A stretch of DNA of 64,000 nucleotides. Source: Phoronis australis (lineage: Eukaryota > Animalia > Phoronida). The stretch lies in assembly GCA_002633005.1 (NCBI GenBank), contig NMRA01000053.1:320131-384130 (forward strand), written 5' to 3'. Position numbers and translations under genes: made by a program. This document shows positions 42,501-52,700 of this stretch, piece by piece. Position 1 is the first letter of the stretch, and each line of letters opens with the position of its first letter. The notes under the pieces are model-generated. The model saw nothing but the letters and a program-made list of their open reading frames with translations. It searched no databases and was not told the DNA's origin.

Positions 42501-42983
42501 TATCTGGTTGTTTTGAATTGTAAAACCACTATTAGTATATCTTTGACTTACTGCAAAATCCCTATCACCGTCGCTGTGACGACTAATCACCTTGTCGTCA
42601 TGTGGTCACAAATTTTTGAAGCATCTATGAAGGTTACTTGATGATCACTGAAAACAACAGTAGCTCCTTGAAAAAAGCAAAAATAACCAACAAAGGAGTC
42701 TTGATTTATAACAACACAATTGTATAAATACGGCCAGGAAAAGTTGTAGCAATTATTTTTCTCTGAATTGAAGATTTTTTATTGCAGTTGTTAATTTTAC
42801 TTTATGCTAGCAATGAGTGTTCCTTTAATATCAACATCACTGTTTTTGTAGTATGATGAGCGGCCGTCTGGTCACAGGTCATCTAGCCGTGACCAAGGTA
42901 TTGATAATCAGGCTTACACGGAGACTGAAGTCAATGGAGCGGGAAAACGGAAGACGAAGAAGGATGGGTCGGAGTACTTTTAG
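463..42983 (+). CDS. Whole gene span (5'-partial): multi-EGF, NIDO, AMOP, Ig-like, SEA, TM mucin-4/SUSD2-like membrane glycoprotein, about 36 exons
   Basis: Phase-compatible GT-AG exon chain from EGF exons through NIDO ([18 protein letters not shown]), AMOP (C..W..CPCT..RCCYD), SEA (GSIDV) and TM to stop TAG at 42981-42983. Confidence 0.9.
1325..1660 (+). mobile_element. Internal fragment of HINE/Helentron-like repeat
   Basis: Aligns by eye to 28205-28540. Confidence 0.75.
2133..3732. mobile_element. Non-autonomous TIR DNA transposon (Kolobok-like)
   Basis: TIR GGTAGGTGTATACAC matches at 14/15; flanks TTAA and TGAA. Confidence 0.65.
3785..4123 (+). mobile_element. Two 3' ends of HINE/Helentron-like repeat
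   Basis: tgtggg..catttcaatgctc..gttg.tcttgtt terminus at ~3958 and ~4123. Confidence 0.7.
4201..4323 (+). CDS. cbEGF exon ([18 protein letters not shown]...)
   Basis: 123 nt, phase 1-1, DIDEC consensus. Confidence 0.9.
4625..4747 (+). CDS. cbEGF exon ([18 protein letters not shown]...)
   Basis: 123 nt, phase 1-1. Confidence 0.9.
4852..5827 (+). repeat. Segmental duplication copy B
   Basis: Near-identical to 345-1324. Confidence 0.95.
4970..5092 (+). CDS. EGF-like exon identical to 463-585
   Basis: 123 nt, phase 1-1, inside duplicated segment. Confidence 0.9.
6566..7890 (+). repeat. About 80-bp direct repeats (6566-6647, 7728-7810) followed by a ~33-bp tandem repeat
   Basis: ttaccagagatgaaaccaag..taaggtcatttatta.gacta occurs twice. 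Confidence 0.7.
7062..7730. mobile_element. MITE-like element
   Basis: Inverted ends tatttatcctatacgc / gcgtataggataaata. Confidence 0.55.
8576..8698 (+). CDS. cbEGF exon ([18 protein letters not shown]...)
   Basis: 123 nt, phase 1-1. Confidence 0.9.
9636..9758 (+). CDS. cbEGF exon ([12 protein letters not shown]...)
   Basis: 123 nt, phase 1-1. Confidence 0.92.
10233..10346 (+). CDS. Notch-type EGF exon ([16 protein letters not shown]...)
   Basis: 114 nt, phase 1-1. Confidence 0.92.
10884..10957 (+). repeat. 12-bp minisatellite (ccttgtgaacgc), about 6 copies
   Basis: Visible tandem array. Confidence 0.9.
11176..11298 (+). CDS. cbEGF exon ([12 protein letters not shown]...)
   Basis: 123 nt, phase 1-1. 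Confidence 0.92.
11846..11968 (+). CDS. cbEGF exon ([18 protein letters not shown]...)
   Basis: 123 nt, phase 1-1; absent from ORF track. Confidence 0.92.
12699..12821 (+). CDS. cbEGF exon ([12 protein letters not shown]...)
   Basis: 123 nt, phase 1-1. Confidence 0.92.
13328..13450 (+). CDS. cbEGF exon ([12 protein letters not shown]...)
   Basis: 123 nt, phase 1-1. Confidence 0.92.
13617..13736 (+). CDS. cbEGF exon ([11 protein letters not shown]...)
   Basis: 120 nt, phase 1-1. Confidence 0.92.
16279..17641 (-). pseudogene. Decayed nested antisense multi-exon gene with Tudor-like and RING-like fragments
   Basis: [31 protein letters not shown] (17641-17430); spliceable pieces LLPCN and HIFHEACLL; internal stops. 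Confidence 0.45.
18720..18833 (+). CDS. Notch-type EGF exon ([16 protein letters not shown]...)
   Basis: 114 nt, phase 1-1. Confidence 0.9.
19978..20091 (+). CDS. Notch-type EGF exon ([16 protein letters not shown]...)
   Basis: 114 nt, phase 1-1. Confidence 0.9.
20891..21003 (+). CDS. NIDO N-terminal exon ([20 protein letters not shown])
   Basis: Phase 1-0, gtgagt donor, NIDO lead-in pattern. Confidence 0.85.
21394..21690 (+). CDS. NIDO exon ([20 protein letters not shown])
   Basis: Phase 0-0, APFW.D and VATW motifs. Confidence 0.92.
22496..22691 (+). CDS. NIDO core exon ([21 protein letters not shown])
   Basis: Phase 0-1, matches NTFQ.VL.TDG..SF..FNY consensus. Confidence 0.92.
23194..23428 (+). 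CDS. NIDO end and AMOP start (PGRFIY..CNAW..CPCT..RCCYD)
   Basis: Phase 1-2, AMOP Cys pattern. Confidence 0.92.
23578..23728 (-). mobile_element. Short GC-rich MITE-like insertion
   Basis: aggggcggatccaggatttt start on -, GC island within AT-rich intron. Confidence 0.5.
24262..24443 (+). CDS. AMOP C-terminal exon ([23 protein letters not shown])
   Basis: Phase 2-1; alternative in-frame acceptor at 24268. Confidence 0.9.
25211..25366 (+). CDS. Ig/cadherin-like module, first half ([17 protein letters not shown]...)
   Basis: Phase 1-1, beta-strand pattern. Confidence 0.85.
26261..26431 (+). CDS. Ig-like second half plus EGF start ([21 protein letters not shown])
   Basis: Phase 1-1. Confidence 0.88.
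26478..26879. mobile_element. hAT-like MITE
   Basis: TIR CAGGGCTT/AAGCCCTG, imperfect TSD aggtac(t/a). Confidence 0.7.
26940..27050 (-). mobile_element. tRNA-derived SINE-like fragment
   Basis: B-box ccgggttcgagtcccag on -; no full cloverleaf. Confidence 0.35.
27097..27273 (+). CDS. EGF end plus EGF ([27 protein letters not shown])
   Basis: Phase 1-1. Confidence 0.92.
27410..28725 (+). mobile_element. Full-length HINE/Helentron-like element with internal ~147-bp tandem array
   Basis: T-run plus atgcacccaca at 5'; tgggtgtat, hairpin caacgc-tct-gcgttg and ctcttgtt at 3'. Confidence 0.75.
29285..29453 (+). repeat. 40-bp perfect tandem repeat, about 4.2 copies
   Basis: attgtacattgtattggtttgcatatccctgaaaatctca repeated. 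Confidence 0.95.
29460..29585 (+). CDS. cbEGF exon ([12 protein letters not shown]...)
   Basis: 126 nt, phase 1-1. Confidence 0.92.
30186..30311 (+). CDS. cbEGF exon ([11 protein letters not shown]...)
   Basis: 126 nt, phase 1-1. Confidence 0.92.
30545..30583 (+). repeat. (TTA)n microsatellite
   Basis: Visible. Confidence 0.9.
30721..30842 (+). CDS. SEA domain exon 1 ([18 protein letters not shown])
   Basis: Phase 1-0, strong acceptor tttcttccag. Confidence 0.85.
31327..31391 (+). CDS. SEA domain exon 2 ([21 protein letters not shown])
   Basis: Phase 0-2, gtaagt donor. Confidence 0.85.
32265..32437 (+). CDS. SEA domain exon 3 ([12 protein letters not shown]...)
   Basis: Phase 2-1, GSIxV motif. 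Confidence 0.88.
32486..33508 (+). repeat. 383-bp near-identical direct repeat (32486-32868, 33126-33508) abutting an N
   Basis: One visible mismatch; first copy ends exactly at N32869. Confidence 0.9.
34374..34502 (+). CDS. EGF exon ([15 protein letters not shown]...MCQ)
   Basis: 129 nt, phase 1-1. Confidence 0.9.
35174..35296 (+). CDS. cbEGF exon ([11 protein letters not shown]...)
   Basis: 123 nt, phase 1-1. Confidence 0.92.
36448..36514 (+). CDS. Juxtamembrane EGF, first half ([15 protein letters not shown])
   Basis: Phase 1-2. Confidence 0.88.
37099..37154 (+). CDS. Juxtamembrane EGF, second half ([14 protein letters not shown])
   Basis: Phase 2-1. Confidence 0.88.
37471..37558 (+). 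CDS. Transmembrane exon ([26 protein letters not shown])
   Basis: Phase 1-2, hydrophobic helix. Confidence 0.92.
37857..37904 (+). CDS. Candidate cytoplasmic exon ([15 protein letters not shown])
   Basis: 48 nt, phase 2-2, tatcag acceptor, gtgagt donor. Confidence 0.6.
39123..39146 (+). CDS. Candidate 24-nt micro-exon (SANKNKKR)
   Basis: Phase 2-2, branch-like ctaac plus pyrimidine tract. Confidence 0.6.
39924..40032. repeat. Fold-back palindrome with about 47-bp arms
   Basis: gtaaatatcttcac / gtgaagatatttac core with extended pairing. Confidence 0.85.
40734..40875 (+). CDS. Cytoplasmic exon with NPQY
   Basis: Phase 2-0, gtgagt donor. Confidence 0.8.
41940..42388 (+). mobile_element. Shorter HINE/Helentron-like copy
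   Basis: Shares tattgccgtcatctctgtc head and tgcgttgctcttgt tail with 27410-28725. Confidence 0.75.
42852..42983 (+). CDS. Terminal coding exon ([21 protein letters not shown])
   Basis: Phase 0 acceptor, stop TAG. Confidence 0.8.
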   Translation, partial: YDERPSGHRSSSRDQGIDNQAYTETEVNGAGKRKTKKDGSEYF

Positions 42984-45900
42984 TCGCTCCTCACCTGTTA
43001 GTGATAATTCACTTCATAACTTAGAGGTGGATCCAGAACATTTTAAAGTGAGACCAACCTTACCATTGTGCCCTGTAATAATGGTGACATCGCTTTATTG
43101 CCAAAACATTATTTTGCAAACTCTATAAGGGAGATTTTCTGAAGCAGACACCTGTGTCAGCCAAGACAGACAATTGTTTGGGTGATGTTTCAGGTATTCC
43201 CAGTGGAAATGCTTTCCTGGGTAATTTTTGTCATGATTTGTTGTGGTATGTGTTGGAGTTAAGATTCCTCTTTCCTTTGATGTTCCTGTGAATATGTTGC
43301 AGGTTTGTATTAACACTGTTATCTCGTTCTTCTGCCACAAGGAACATGGCTGAAGTAGGTCCTTATGATCTGATGAGTGTACATAATGATAGCTATTCTA
43401 TGTTGAAATATAAAAGCTGATTTGTAAGTAGACAGTTATTGATAAATGTAACAAGTTAATGCTGGGTGTTGTTTTTCCTTGTCTGTTGCTCACAAGGACA
43501 ACCAAATCCTCAATCCCTTAGGAGGTATTGTATAGTGTACAAAATTTAGTTCATAATGCAAATTTCCTCTTACCAAGAAAAAAATTTGTGGTCAAGTAAA
43601 ATCATTTAGCATTAACTTTAATCATTCGTCTTCAATTGATTGTATTGAATCCATTCAGTCAGGAGTGCCTGCTTGTTGCCATATTAACTGGTAATTTATC
43701 GTTTATTACAATTTTTATGTTTGTCATCTGACTATATATCTTCATGGCCATGCTATGGTGTGAATATGTTTAGTTGCGAGTAATGTTGTGTAGTCTTTAA
43801 TGCATAGTGCAAGACTTAACACCCTTGATAAATAGTGCTGGAACTTGTTGGTTATTTTGGGTGCAACCCCTCTGCCTGCACAATTTTAAACGTTGATATT
43901 TGTTTGCTTAGGGTTCTTGACCCACGTTAAGATGAGGGGTGTGTACCTGAAAATGTGGGACATCTCTATCATTATGAGACCTATTATTGAGTTACAAACT
44001 TTTGACCTTAATATAGCATTTTACATGACTGCAATAAATGCTCCAATTGGATTTCATGGGAGAATTATCTGTCATGTGTTGTGTTCGAGCACTGTTTATC
44101 ACATTACAGAGTCTCTGTACCTTGGGTACCAAAGGTGCTTATCAGTTATTGTGACTTGATGTTGTATAACTCACTTTTTGTGTTATCTGCACCCAGTATG
44201 TATACGAAATGGCTGAGACGTTATGAACTGAATGGAGGTAATTATTAAATGTAGAGACATAGCATTTTTAACGTTTTATCAATTTTTAACAAGTCACACA
44301 TATCGAGATCATTTTATGTTTAATCTTGAGCATATCGACATACAGGTTGTGTTCGTGGAAACATATCATTGTGATGTTTATTAATAATTAATGTAAGGGA
44401 TTGAAGTCATTTGCCATGCTTTGTATAGAGTATGACAGGTGCTGAATGTTTTGTATATTTGGCTGGGGTAATTGATGTATTCAGTGTGCCAGCTTTGTTC
44501 CAATTGTGTTGATGTTATTCAAGTTAGTGCTAACGCGTATTTAGCTTTAGCGTTGTACCGTGCTCTCACTACGCTGGTGCGTAAATTGGCTGCTTCAGTT
44601 ATTCATGTCCTGCTTTACTAGGTAGGTAATCATGCACTGTTGGTGCCTTGTTCTACTTGGCTATTTGTAGAGCAATACATTACCCTGTAAACAAGCCTTG
44701 TGTGAACAGGCAATATGAATGGACGTGGAAACTTCCTTCCACTAAAATAGTGGAAATCGGTAAAAGTCTGATTCAGAAATAGGTCAACATCTGCATCAGC
44801 TTGACAGTTTTGGGCATCAGTATACACGTTTTGACAATTTTTCCAGGTTATTTGGAACTGCACAATATGTGTATTTTGTGAAGTTACGAATCCATTTTGT
44901 AACATCTAATATTTTAAAGATTGTTTCTTCAAAATGGGCTTGGCAGTGATAATTGGAAAGTTAGCTACAGGATTGAGGTTTTTGTCATCTAGGATTGATG
45001 GAATATGTTGTATGTACTACATCAAAGTGTTCTGGGTAGCAGCTGACTTTTCAGACTTATTGGTAAATTTATTAATTATTTTCTTGTTTCTGCATAGCAA
45101 ATTGGTGTTGAATGGGAAGTCAGTGGATGCTTTGTTTTCACAACTTCATTGTTAACTTTGCAGTAGAAAACAATATTTTGTAAAAGCTCTTCAGTTTTGA
45201 TTATTAAAAATTTCCTTTTGGGGAAATTTTACTGATATGTGCAGTACAGCCGTGACCAAACTAGATTTGGTAACTTTTTAGGATTTCCAGTAATGAAGGA
45301 AGCCTTCAAAAATGATAACTTCAAACAATTAATTTTTGCTCCAAATTGAAAAGTATTTTATCTAAATCAGTGGAGGAAGTAATTGCCTGTTAAAAGTGCC
45401 CCCTGGTGGGTTCTTTGGCAGTGGTGCTGTTGATGTTGGAATGAGGCTATGTGAAGCCTTTTGCTTTGTTTTGGTGCTTGAGTTGGGTAAAACCAGCATG
45501 TGCAATTTATTTCATGCGTTAAAGCAGTCCAGGTTAAAAAAATTGTTTTATTGTCGACTAAGGTCAAGTTCAGATAGAACCAATCGTGCTAGATATGGAG
45601 TGCTTTCAGGAGGCCTGTTATTTTATTAACTATACTTGGCTGTCTGCTTTTTTGGTAAAACATGATTTCTAAGTAGCTGACTATTGATATTAAATTTCTT
45701 GGATCTCGCTGCACTGGGTACATGTAGTAATATTTGAAGGCACTTATTGTTTACTAAAAACTTAGAAAATATCTACAATTTTTGAAAATGCAAATCCCAT
45801 TAGGTCAGTCTCAACACACCAGGTGGCATGACTGAATTGGCTGTTGTGCTGATCATGAGAACACCTGGTTGAACTAAAGAGAATTTTGGCCAATATCTTT

Positions 45901-46180
45901 GAAGCCTCTCTTGTGTACTGTAATGTGAGCGACTTAACAATTACCACTGTTGGCAATTCTAGCTGCGTTAATTTTCAGGTTCTCTTCAAATTTGACACAC
46001 TAGAAAATTCACTCAAGAGGGTATAGTTTAGTACTTTGAGCCTTAGACTTCCACCGTGGAGAATATCCAAACCCTGCCAAAAGAGACAATTGAGAATTAC
46101 ACAAAAATGTCTCGTACTCCTCTGCACCCAGTCTTAGTACTGGATAGTAGCAGGGGAGTGAATGACATCCTGGATAGAAC

Positions 46181-46394
46181 AATAAAATAAACTGATTGTT
46201 GGCAGTGTGCTAATATTTTTTTAAATCCAAATTCACTGTTACAGAACATGTTAGGCAGAGTGTCCCTATGGCTTGTGAGCTAATACTGATGTATTCTGTG
46301 TATTGCTTGATTACATGAAAGGTGCTGTGAACAGAGTACATGTACCTGTATAATGATTACACAACAAACAAATATAAATATATTTCAATTTATT
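46181..46394. terminator. Candidate convergent polyadenylation signals: AATAAA on + (46181) and on - (46389-46394)
   Basis: Coincides with switch from T/G-rich to A/C-rich composition. Confidence 0.45.
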
Positions 46395-48431
46395 TACATT
46401 TCTCTTCATTTAACCTAATGTACACGTATCACTTGTCCAACCCATGTTCAAATGTCCGTGTTATTTACAAGCATAGCAGTTGCATTACACGTTGTAAGAC
46501 CACCAAACCAACACAAAGAGACAGCGAGTTCAAATTCTACTGGGTTGTCTTTAGACAATTCCTCACACATCTAAACTCAGTGTTTTTTCGAATACGAAGA
46601 CTGCAGCAAGCGGTTCAAGGGAATTCCCGTAGATTGTACTGGTAAATATCTCAATGCCCAAATCTAATCACTCGGTTCCTCTTCATATTTGTATTCTAAA
46701 AACAGCCAAAATATGAAAATCACAAAATAAGCATATTACTCCTAACAAACGAGCATCGAAATTTCCCCTGAACAATTATCAACCATCAAACGATTTAAGA
46801 AATCCCCTCCAATTGATTTAAGTATCCAATATTAGACAAGTTTGCCAACTCCACCGAATTTAACATTTTCACACTCCACTTCTTAGCTTCAAAAGGATGT
46901 TTTTAAGGATGGAGAACCTTTTCTATCGTGGTACATGAGAGTTTAATTCACTCCTTGTGTTGTTCAGTAAACTGGTGTGTAATTTGTGCTCTTGCTTGAC
47001 AGTAAGAAGGACATGTGAAATGAAGGAAGCGAGACTTGTTCCAGGTATTTGGGAAAAGTCTCGCAGATGGTAAATCACAATGAAACGACTCATTAAGAAA
47101 TACTGAGCGAGCACAATAGTACACAGATGATGATGATGACAATTGGATGACAATAAATATATACAATGATGCTCGCTACAAGTTTGTATATAACACTATA
47201 TGTTCCTCACCTAACCAATATAGCCTGTTCACCTACACCTGGCATGTTTGCATAAAGTGTCGCCTATCAAGAGACAAATCAAGTTGCATCACAAATACAA
47301 GATGGCTCCAGTCTCCCATTTTGCTCGTTAATCACATCGCGTTTGCTCCAAATTATGTAACCAAACCAGCTTCTCCCTCTCTGAATGAGCTCAAAATTCA
47401 CCAGAGAGTCCATGTAGTCCCGTGGGACTTATCTAACAAACATTCCCCTAAAGGTGCAACTTTTTCAACCCATTCAAATAATAAAAATATCTTTTTCCAT
47501 AAGCACCATCTGGTGAATATCAAATCTCCCATTTACAATGGCCAACTCCTTTTATGCCTGATGGTGGTTTGTCTTCAGAATCACGGAAAGTGACCCTTCC
47601 TCATTCGTAAGTAAAATTAAACCTATCGACTGATTTCATGTACCACAGGACTTGGCTGTTCAGGAATCAACCAGTGGCTACTACACAGACCATTTCTTAA
47701 AACCAGCATAAAAAGAAAGCGTAAACCAATCGCGGAATAGGAATCCCATGCTCCCTAAATAACGAAGCTAATTAAGCTTAACAAATAGAACTATTTAAAA
47801 CAGACGATATATTTCAGATAAATTTCTTGGTCAAATAACTTCATGTAAATCAACGACGCCTCACCCATTTCAAACTAAAATTAACAGTTACGTAATATTT
47901 ACATTAATTCTCACAAGCATAGTCAATTTCGCAAAACAACAGTTTACATGTAAACTCTCCTAAAAATGCTTAACGGTGCGCATTGTCAAAATGGGCAAAC
48001 TTCTTGGTTAACCATGCTACGAGCACAAGAACTTTCAGTCAATTATGCCCATTGCTTAGCTCCTGTACGGTACCCTACTGTGAAGACAATTCCGTCATTT
48101 TCAATTTTACTGCTAGCGATGTCAAAAAATCTTCTGTATATTCTACCTCAATACGAAATCACTATTGAAAAGACACAACTTGTAATACAAACGACACTGG
48201 ATTTACACAGCGACTTTGACATGGTGTAAACTGACACAACCAATTGATGCCGAACAATTTGACAAAGCACAACTTGACATGGCACAAATGACTGCAGAAA
48301 TGAAATTTCACACGAAAACTTTAAACACTACTTTGGCACAAACCTGTTGTTTGGAGTCATTCACCTGTGTAAATGCAAACTGGCGTCAAGACAGAAGTGA
48401 TGATATTAAGTAAACTTGTGTTATATCGCGC

Positions 48432-48536
48432 ATACGTGTGTTCTCAGTGGGTGCACAGTGACTTCCTGTACGTGTTCTCAGTGGGTGCACAGTGACTTCC
48501 TGTATGTGTTCCGAGTGGGTGCACAGTGACTCCTGT
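48432..48536 (+). repeat. 34-bp tandem repeat, 3 copies
   Basis: gtgttctcagtgggtgcacagtgacttcctgtac. Confidence 0.9.
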
Positions 48537-49583
48537 AATTTCCATGTTGCCACACATGTCATGTCAACGTGCACCGAGTCATAAGTTGTCATGTAAGTCC
48601 AGCATGAAACATGAATAACGACACAGAACAGTTAATCTTCCTAAAGCCTTGAGATTTAATTATAACTAGTCAGAGACATCTAAATTACAGTGCATACAGA
48701 GGCTACACAGCTGTAATCTATTTTGAGAGATATCAGTTAAGTGAATCTCCAGGCAACATCTACAGATTGCAATTCATTGTCACACAACAAAATTGAGACA
48801 AGGATGTCATATTACAAAACCATAGTGGCATAAATATAAACACTAACAATAACACCGTTTCAAGTCGATGCACCAAGCTGAAGTGCTTTTTACCCAGGTG
48901 TGCAATTTTCTAACATATTTTTAAAAATAGATAACTAATAAAAACTTTGATAGCAAACCCTAAGGTTGCTGAAAGCTCGCTACATATAACAATTTAGTGC
49001 ACAAAGCTCACAATGACTGAGCCGTAACTCTGATGGGTTCTTTTCAAACCAAGAATGTGTTCCAATATTTCTTACGTTTAAATACCATAACCCACATCAA
49101 TACTACAAAATGTGACCATAACCAAAGTAACATTACTTTACTAACGTGGCGTTTACAGGTGGGTGAATCGCAGAAGTTGTAAACACCTGTACTCTGCACA
49201 GGATGTAACAATCAATGAAGTGCTGCGTGTCGACTAATTCTATGCAAGAAATGTATCGAGACGTCAGCGCAGCTGATGCGTCTTATTCCTAACACAGAGT
49301 CAACGCTCATAGGATGACCAGTTTGATGGAAAATGAGGGCTGGTTGCTTGACAGTACATGCGGATCAGTAAGTGTACCATCTCTAACAAATACCTTTCAC
49401 ACAGGCCAGTGCGGCTCCAGTGGCTGTGCTGTTATCACTTACCATTGTGGAGCAACTTGAAGCTGCAACCACAGAGAACATTTCAACCCAACCACCCAAA
49501 CAAACCCCGGGCACCAAAGGTGGTGCTATTGCAGCTGCATAAAAATCAAGCATATTTCACCGTTTTCCTACACGCGAACGTTG

Positions 49584-49742
49584 TTATAACTCATCGCGCA
49601 GTAGCGTGTATCTATTCCTAGACGGGGCGAGCTTTTTAAATGTTGACTCTGGTGGACTAGTGGGCTCCTTATCGGATGCTGGCTTGGTGTCGCTCTCATC
49701 AGTGTCCGGGGCGATAGGTATGTGCTCTTCCTTTGTCACTTT
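49584..49742 (-). CDS. ERP44: ERp44 last coding exon (..SPPESTFKKLAPSRNRYTLLRDEL*)
   Basis: 159 nt, phase 0, RDEL retention signal, stop TAA. Confidence 0.95.
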   Translation of the reverse strand, partial: KVTKEEHIPIAPDTDESDTKPASDKEPTSPPESTFKKLAPSRNRYTLLRDEL

Positions 49743-52700
49743 CTACAAGAGAGAGCAGTACATTCGGACAACTTGGCTAATCAAACTGTCTTCAGATAAC
49801 TGAGAAGAAAGCCAATTGTAATGCCAAACACCAAAATACAACAATTTCCTGTTGAGAAATACAGTATGAGAGCAACACATGCAGATAGAAATTGCACAAA
49901 ATAAACACGACGAATTATATAAAGTTCACAGGAACCAGGTTGTGAGACAAAGAGAAAAGTATTACCCAGAAGAAAGTGGACTAAACATCAGTGTGGATTT
50001 GATCTCAGACTTGCATCGTATTAACGAGATATCAAACATCATCTGTTCAGCCCACAAATAATTGTATACCCCAATAAACAAAAGAAATCGAACCAGCATT
50101 AGTCATACAAATCAGTAATTAAGTTGTCAACCAGTGCAGCACACATCATAATAAACCATTGCCTACATTTTGCCTACATTTTCATGATCAAAATTGAATA
50201 CAAGCCCATTGCTTCAACAATATAACGTCCAGTAGTATCGCTGCATGAAAGGTGTTCAAAGTACTGGCCACCACAACTATGCACAATCGTAACCGCCTTT
50301 TCAGGTACAGTCTTACCCCCGTTTCATCAACTTTGATTTCCACCTGTTGCGGGGGTTTCGTTGTGGGAGGCGAGGGCCCCTCGTGGAACTCCTTGTGTAG
50401 CTTGCCAGAGTGCAGGTCATTGATGAACTCTTGGAGTATGCCAGGAGTTCTGTGAATGTAACCAAGATAATTAGAGAGAGGAGGGTTTTCACCAAGACAA
50501 GAATGTGAGGAATAACCATGGCATTCAACTACACAATGAGCACAACTTGGAGCTAACAGTAGAACATATCCCAAAAATCAAACATCTGTGACGGAACACT
50601 AGTTATGGTACATTTGTTGTTATGCTTATTTAGTTGTTATTGTTCATTTATCCGTATGCTAATGTCTTTGTTGCATCTCAGTGTGCCTTTGCTAAGTGGG
50701 TCATGCGTGCGTGACTGTATGTGTCGGACACTTCGTTAACGACAGGCTTCGGAGAAGGGTGTGTTTCCTTCTTTTCCATATACGGATCGAGCGTATGTAA
50801 TTTTGAACTGAACTGAAATGTATGTGAAAGGTGAAATACACAGTTTGGTGTTCCTTGGAGATTAGATTTGTAACACATCTTGTACCGATTGCACATCAAA
50901 AGAATATTCAAAATCATACTAATGCAAATGAAAACATTTTGCTGATGACTGCAATTAGTCAACGACATTCTAATGGCCTTAATATAATTCCCATGATATA
51001 GTGACAAGGTAAATGAAAAAATGTCTACGAGTCCACAATGCAACAGTTGATGTGGCTGAGACTTACTGTATGCCAGTCTTGACGTCGTGGGGGAACAAAT
51101 ACATGTGCCTGAAGCTATCTATGGCCAACACAGGCAGGTCTGACTGATGTTTGCCCAAATGATGGAGGGGATGAGAGAACTTGAGGCCGTCCGCTGTCAG
51201 GAAGTTGACGGAACCTGAAACGCAAGCCACAGAAAGTGCCATGGTAAGACAGAGAAAGACTACAAGGAAAACTTTTTAGGAGTTGTTATAGGATTGTGCT
51301 GTGATATCAAATGAGACTTGTGATCGTATTGACACCAAGCTGCATGACTGTTGACATGACACAGAATACAAAGGCTATGGAGGTGTTACTGAGCGACACA
51401 TTAACAAAAACAGAAGCCATGTAAAATTCCACAGAAACTATAAATTTTTTTATGACAAAGCCTTACAAAACTTTTTCTTTCCTCATTTTCTCTTCAATCT
51501 GGAAAGTGACCCTTGGTTTAAGTAATAGTACTTACTGGCTCACACCGGGCTCAAACAATACTCTGCAATTGCCAGAGCACAACAGCCCAGTGGACACAGC
51601 CAGCTCTAACACAAGAGAACAGATTGATTCACCATTACCACTACCCTATTCACGGCTCACTTTGTCCAATCAATAGTGCAGAGGTTCTGTAATGCTTCTA
51701 AGGGGTGACTAAGAGCTTATTTCTTGTCTTACGTGTGTATAATAGATAGTACCAGTAGGAGAGGATGTTTGACAAGACCGACCAATGCTCAATGTTCTGC
51801 AGCCTTTTGTTCCAGGATTTCGAATAACGTATACATTCCATAAGGACAAAGCTAAAACTAATTTGTGTTTCAAGTATCTGTTTTTGTTTCATAACACCGA
51901 AATAACCTCACAGCCTGCATTCTCAATTGATTTCCACCACTATACATGCAACACAATATTCTACCAGCTACCTGCAGATCTCAGATAACATAAACGTTGC
52001 CTCGAGCATCTGGCTGGCTGGTATTAATGGATGACTTGTTGGAGAATATAAATACTGACTAGTAGGACTAAATAAGCGAATGTTCACAATACAAGTTTTG
52101 AAATAGCTGGATGCACAAGACAAGCTTTTAAAAGAAATTAGGTTTCGTCACGGTTACGTAGGACCCTAGAAAAATTCCAAATTTGGCAAAATTCGAAACA
52201 TCATGTCTAAGAAATGGCCGATTTGATTCACGCGAAACTTTCAGGTACTATGGTTTATCTCTAAAACAGTGTTGGGAATTGTTTTTAAAGTGTTCCATTT
52301 TTGCATGAGGCAGACTTTTATGATTTTCATGAAAAAAATTGTATAAAATCAAAATATTTCATAAAACTGTAACAGCGTTTTTGAGATTTTACCCAGAGAA
52401 CATTTATATCATACCAAATTTGGTCCTATATAATTGATCCTGTTATTTTGTTGTGAACAAACTTTTCTTTTTTGCTAAATTTTACTAAAAAGGCACAGCC
52501 ACGCGAGCCTATTAATGGCAAACTGGTACTAAGTCAACAATCAAATTCTATAGAATTTCTGCTTTCAGAAAATATATACTTTTAATCTAGTATAGTCTCT
52601 ACAGTCTAGTGGTTACAAATGTGAGGGTGACGATGACAACAGTAGGCAAGCATAAACTATGCCAAACTGGGCATTTCCATCAGGAACCTTAGCCAAAGAC

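Noticed and set aside
47147-47593. 148-aa ORF and other ORFs between the two stop codons
   Set aside because: Located in inferred 3' UTRs; no domain features or splice context
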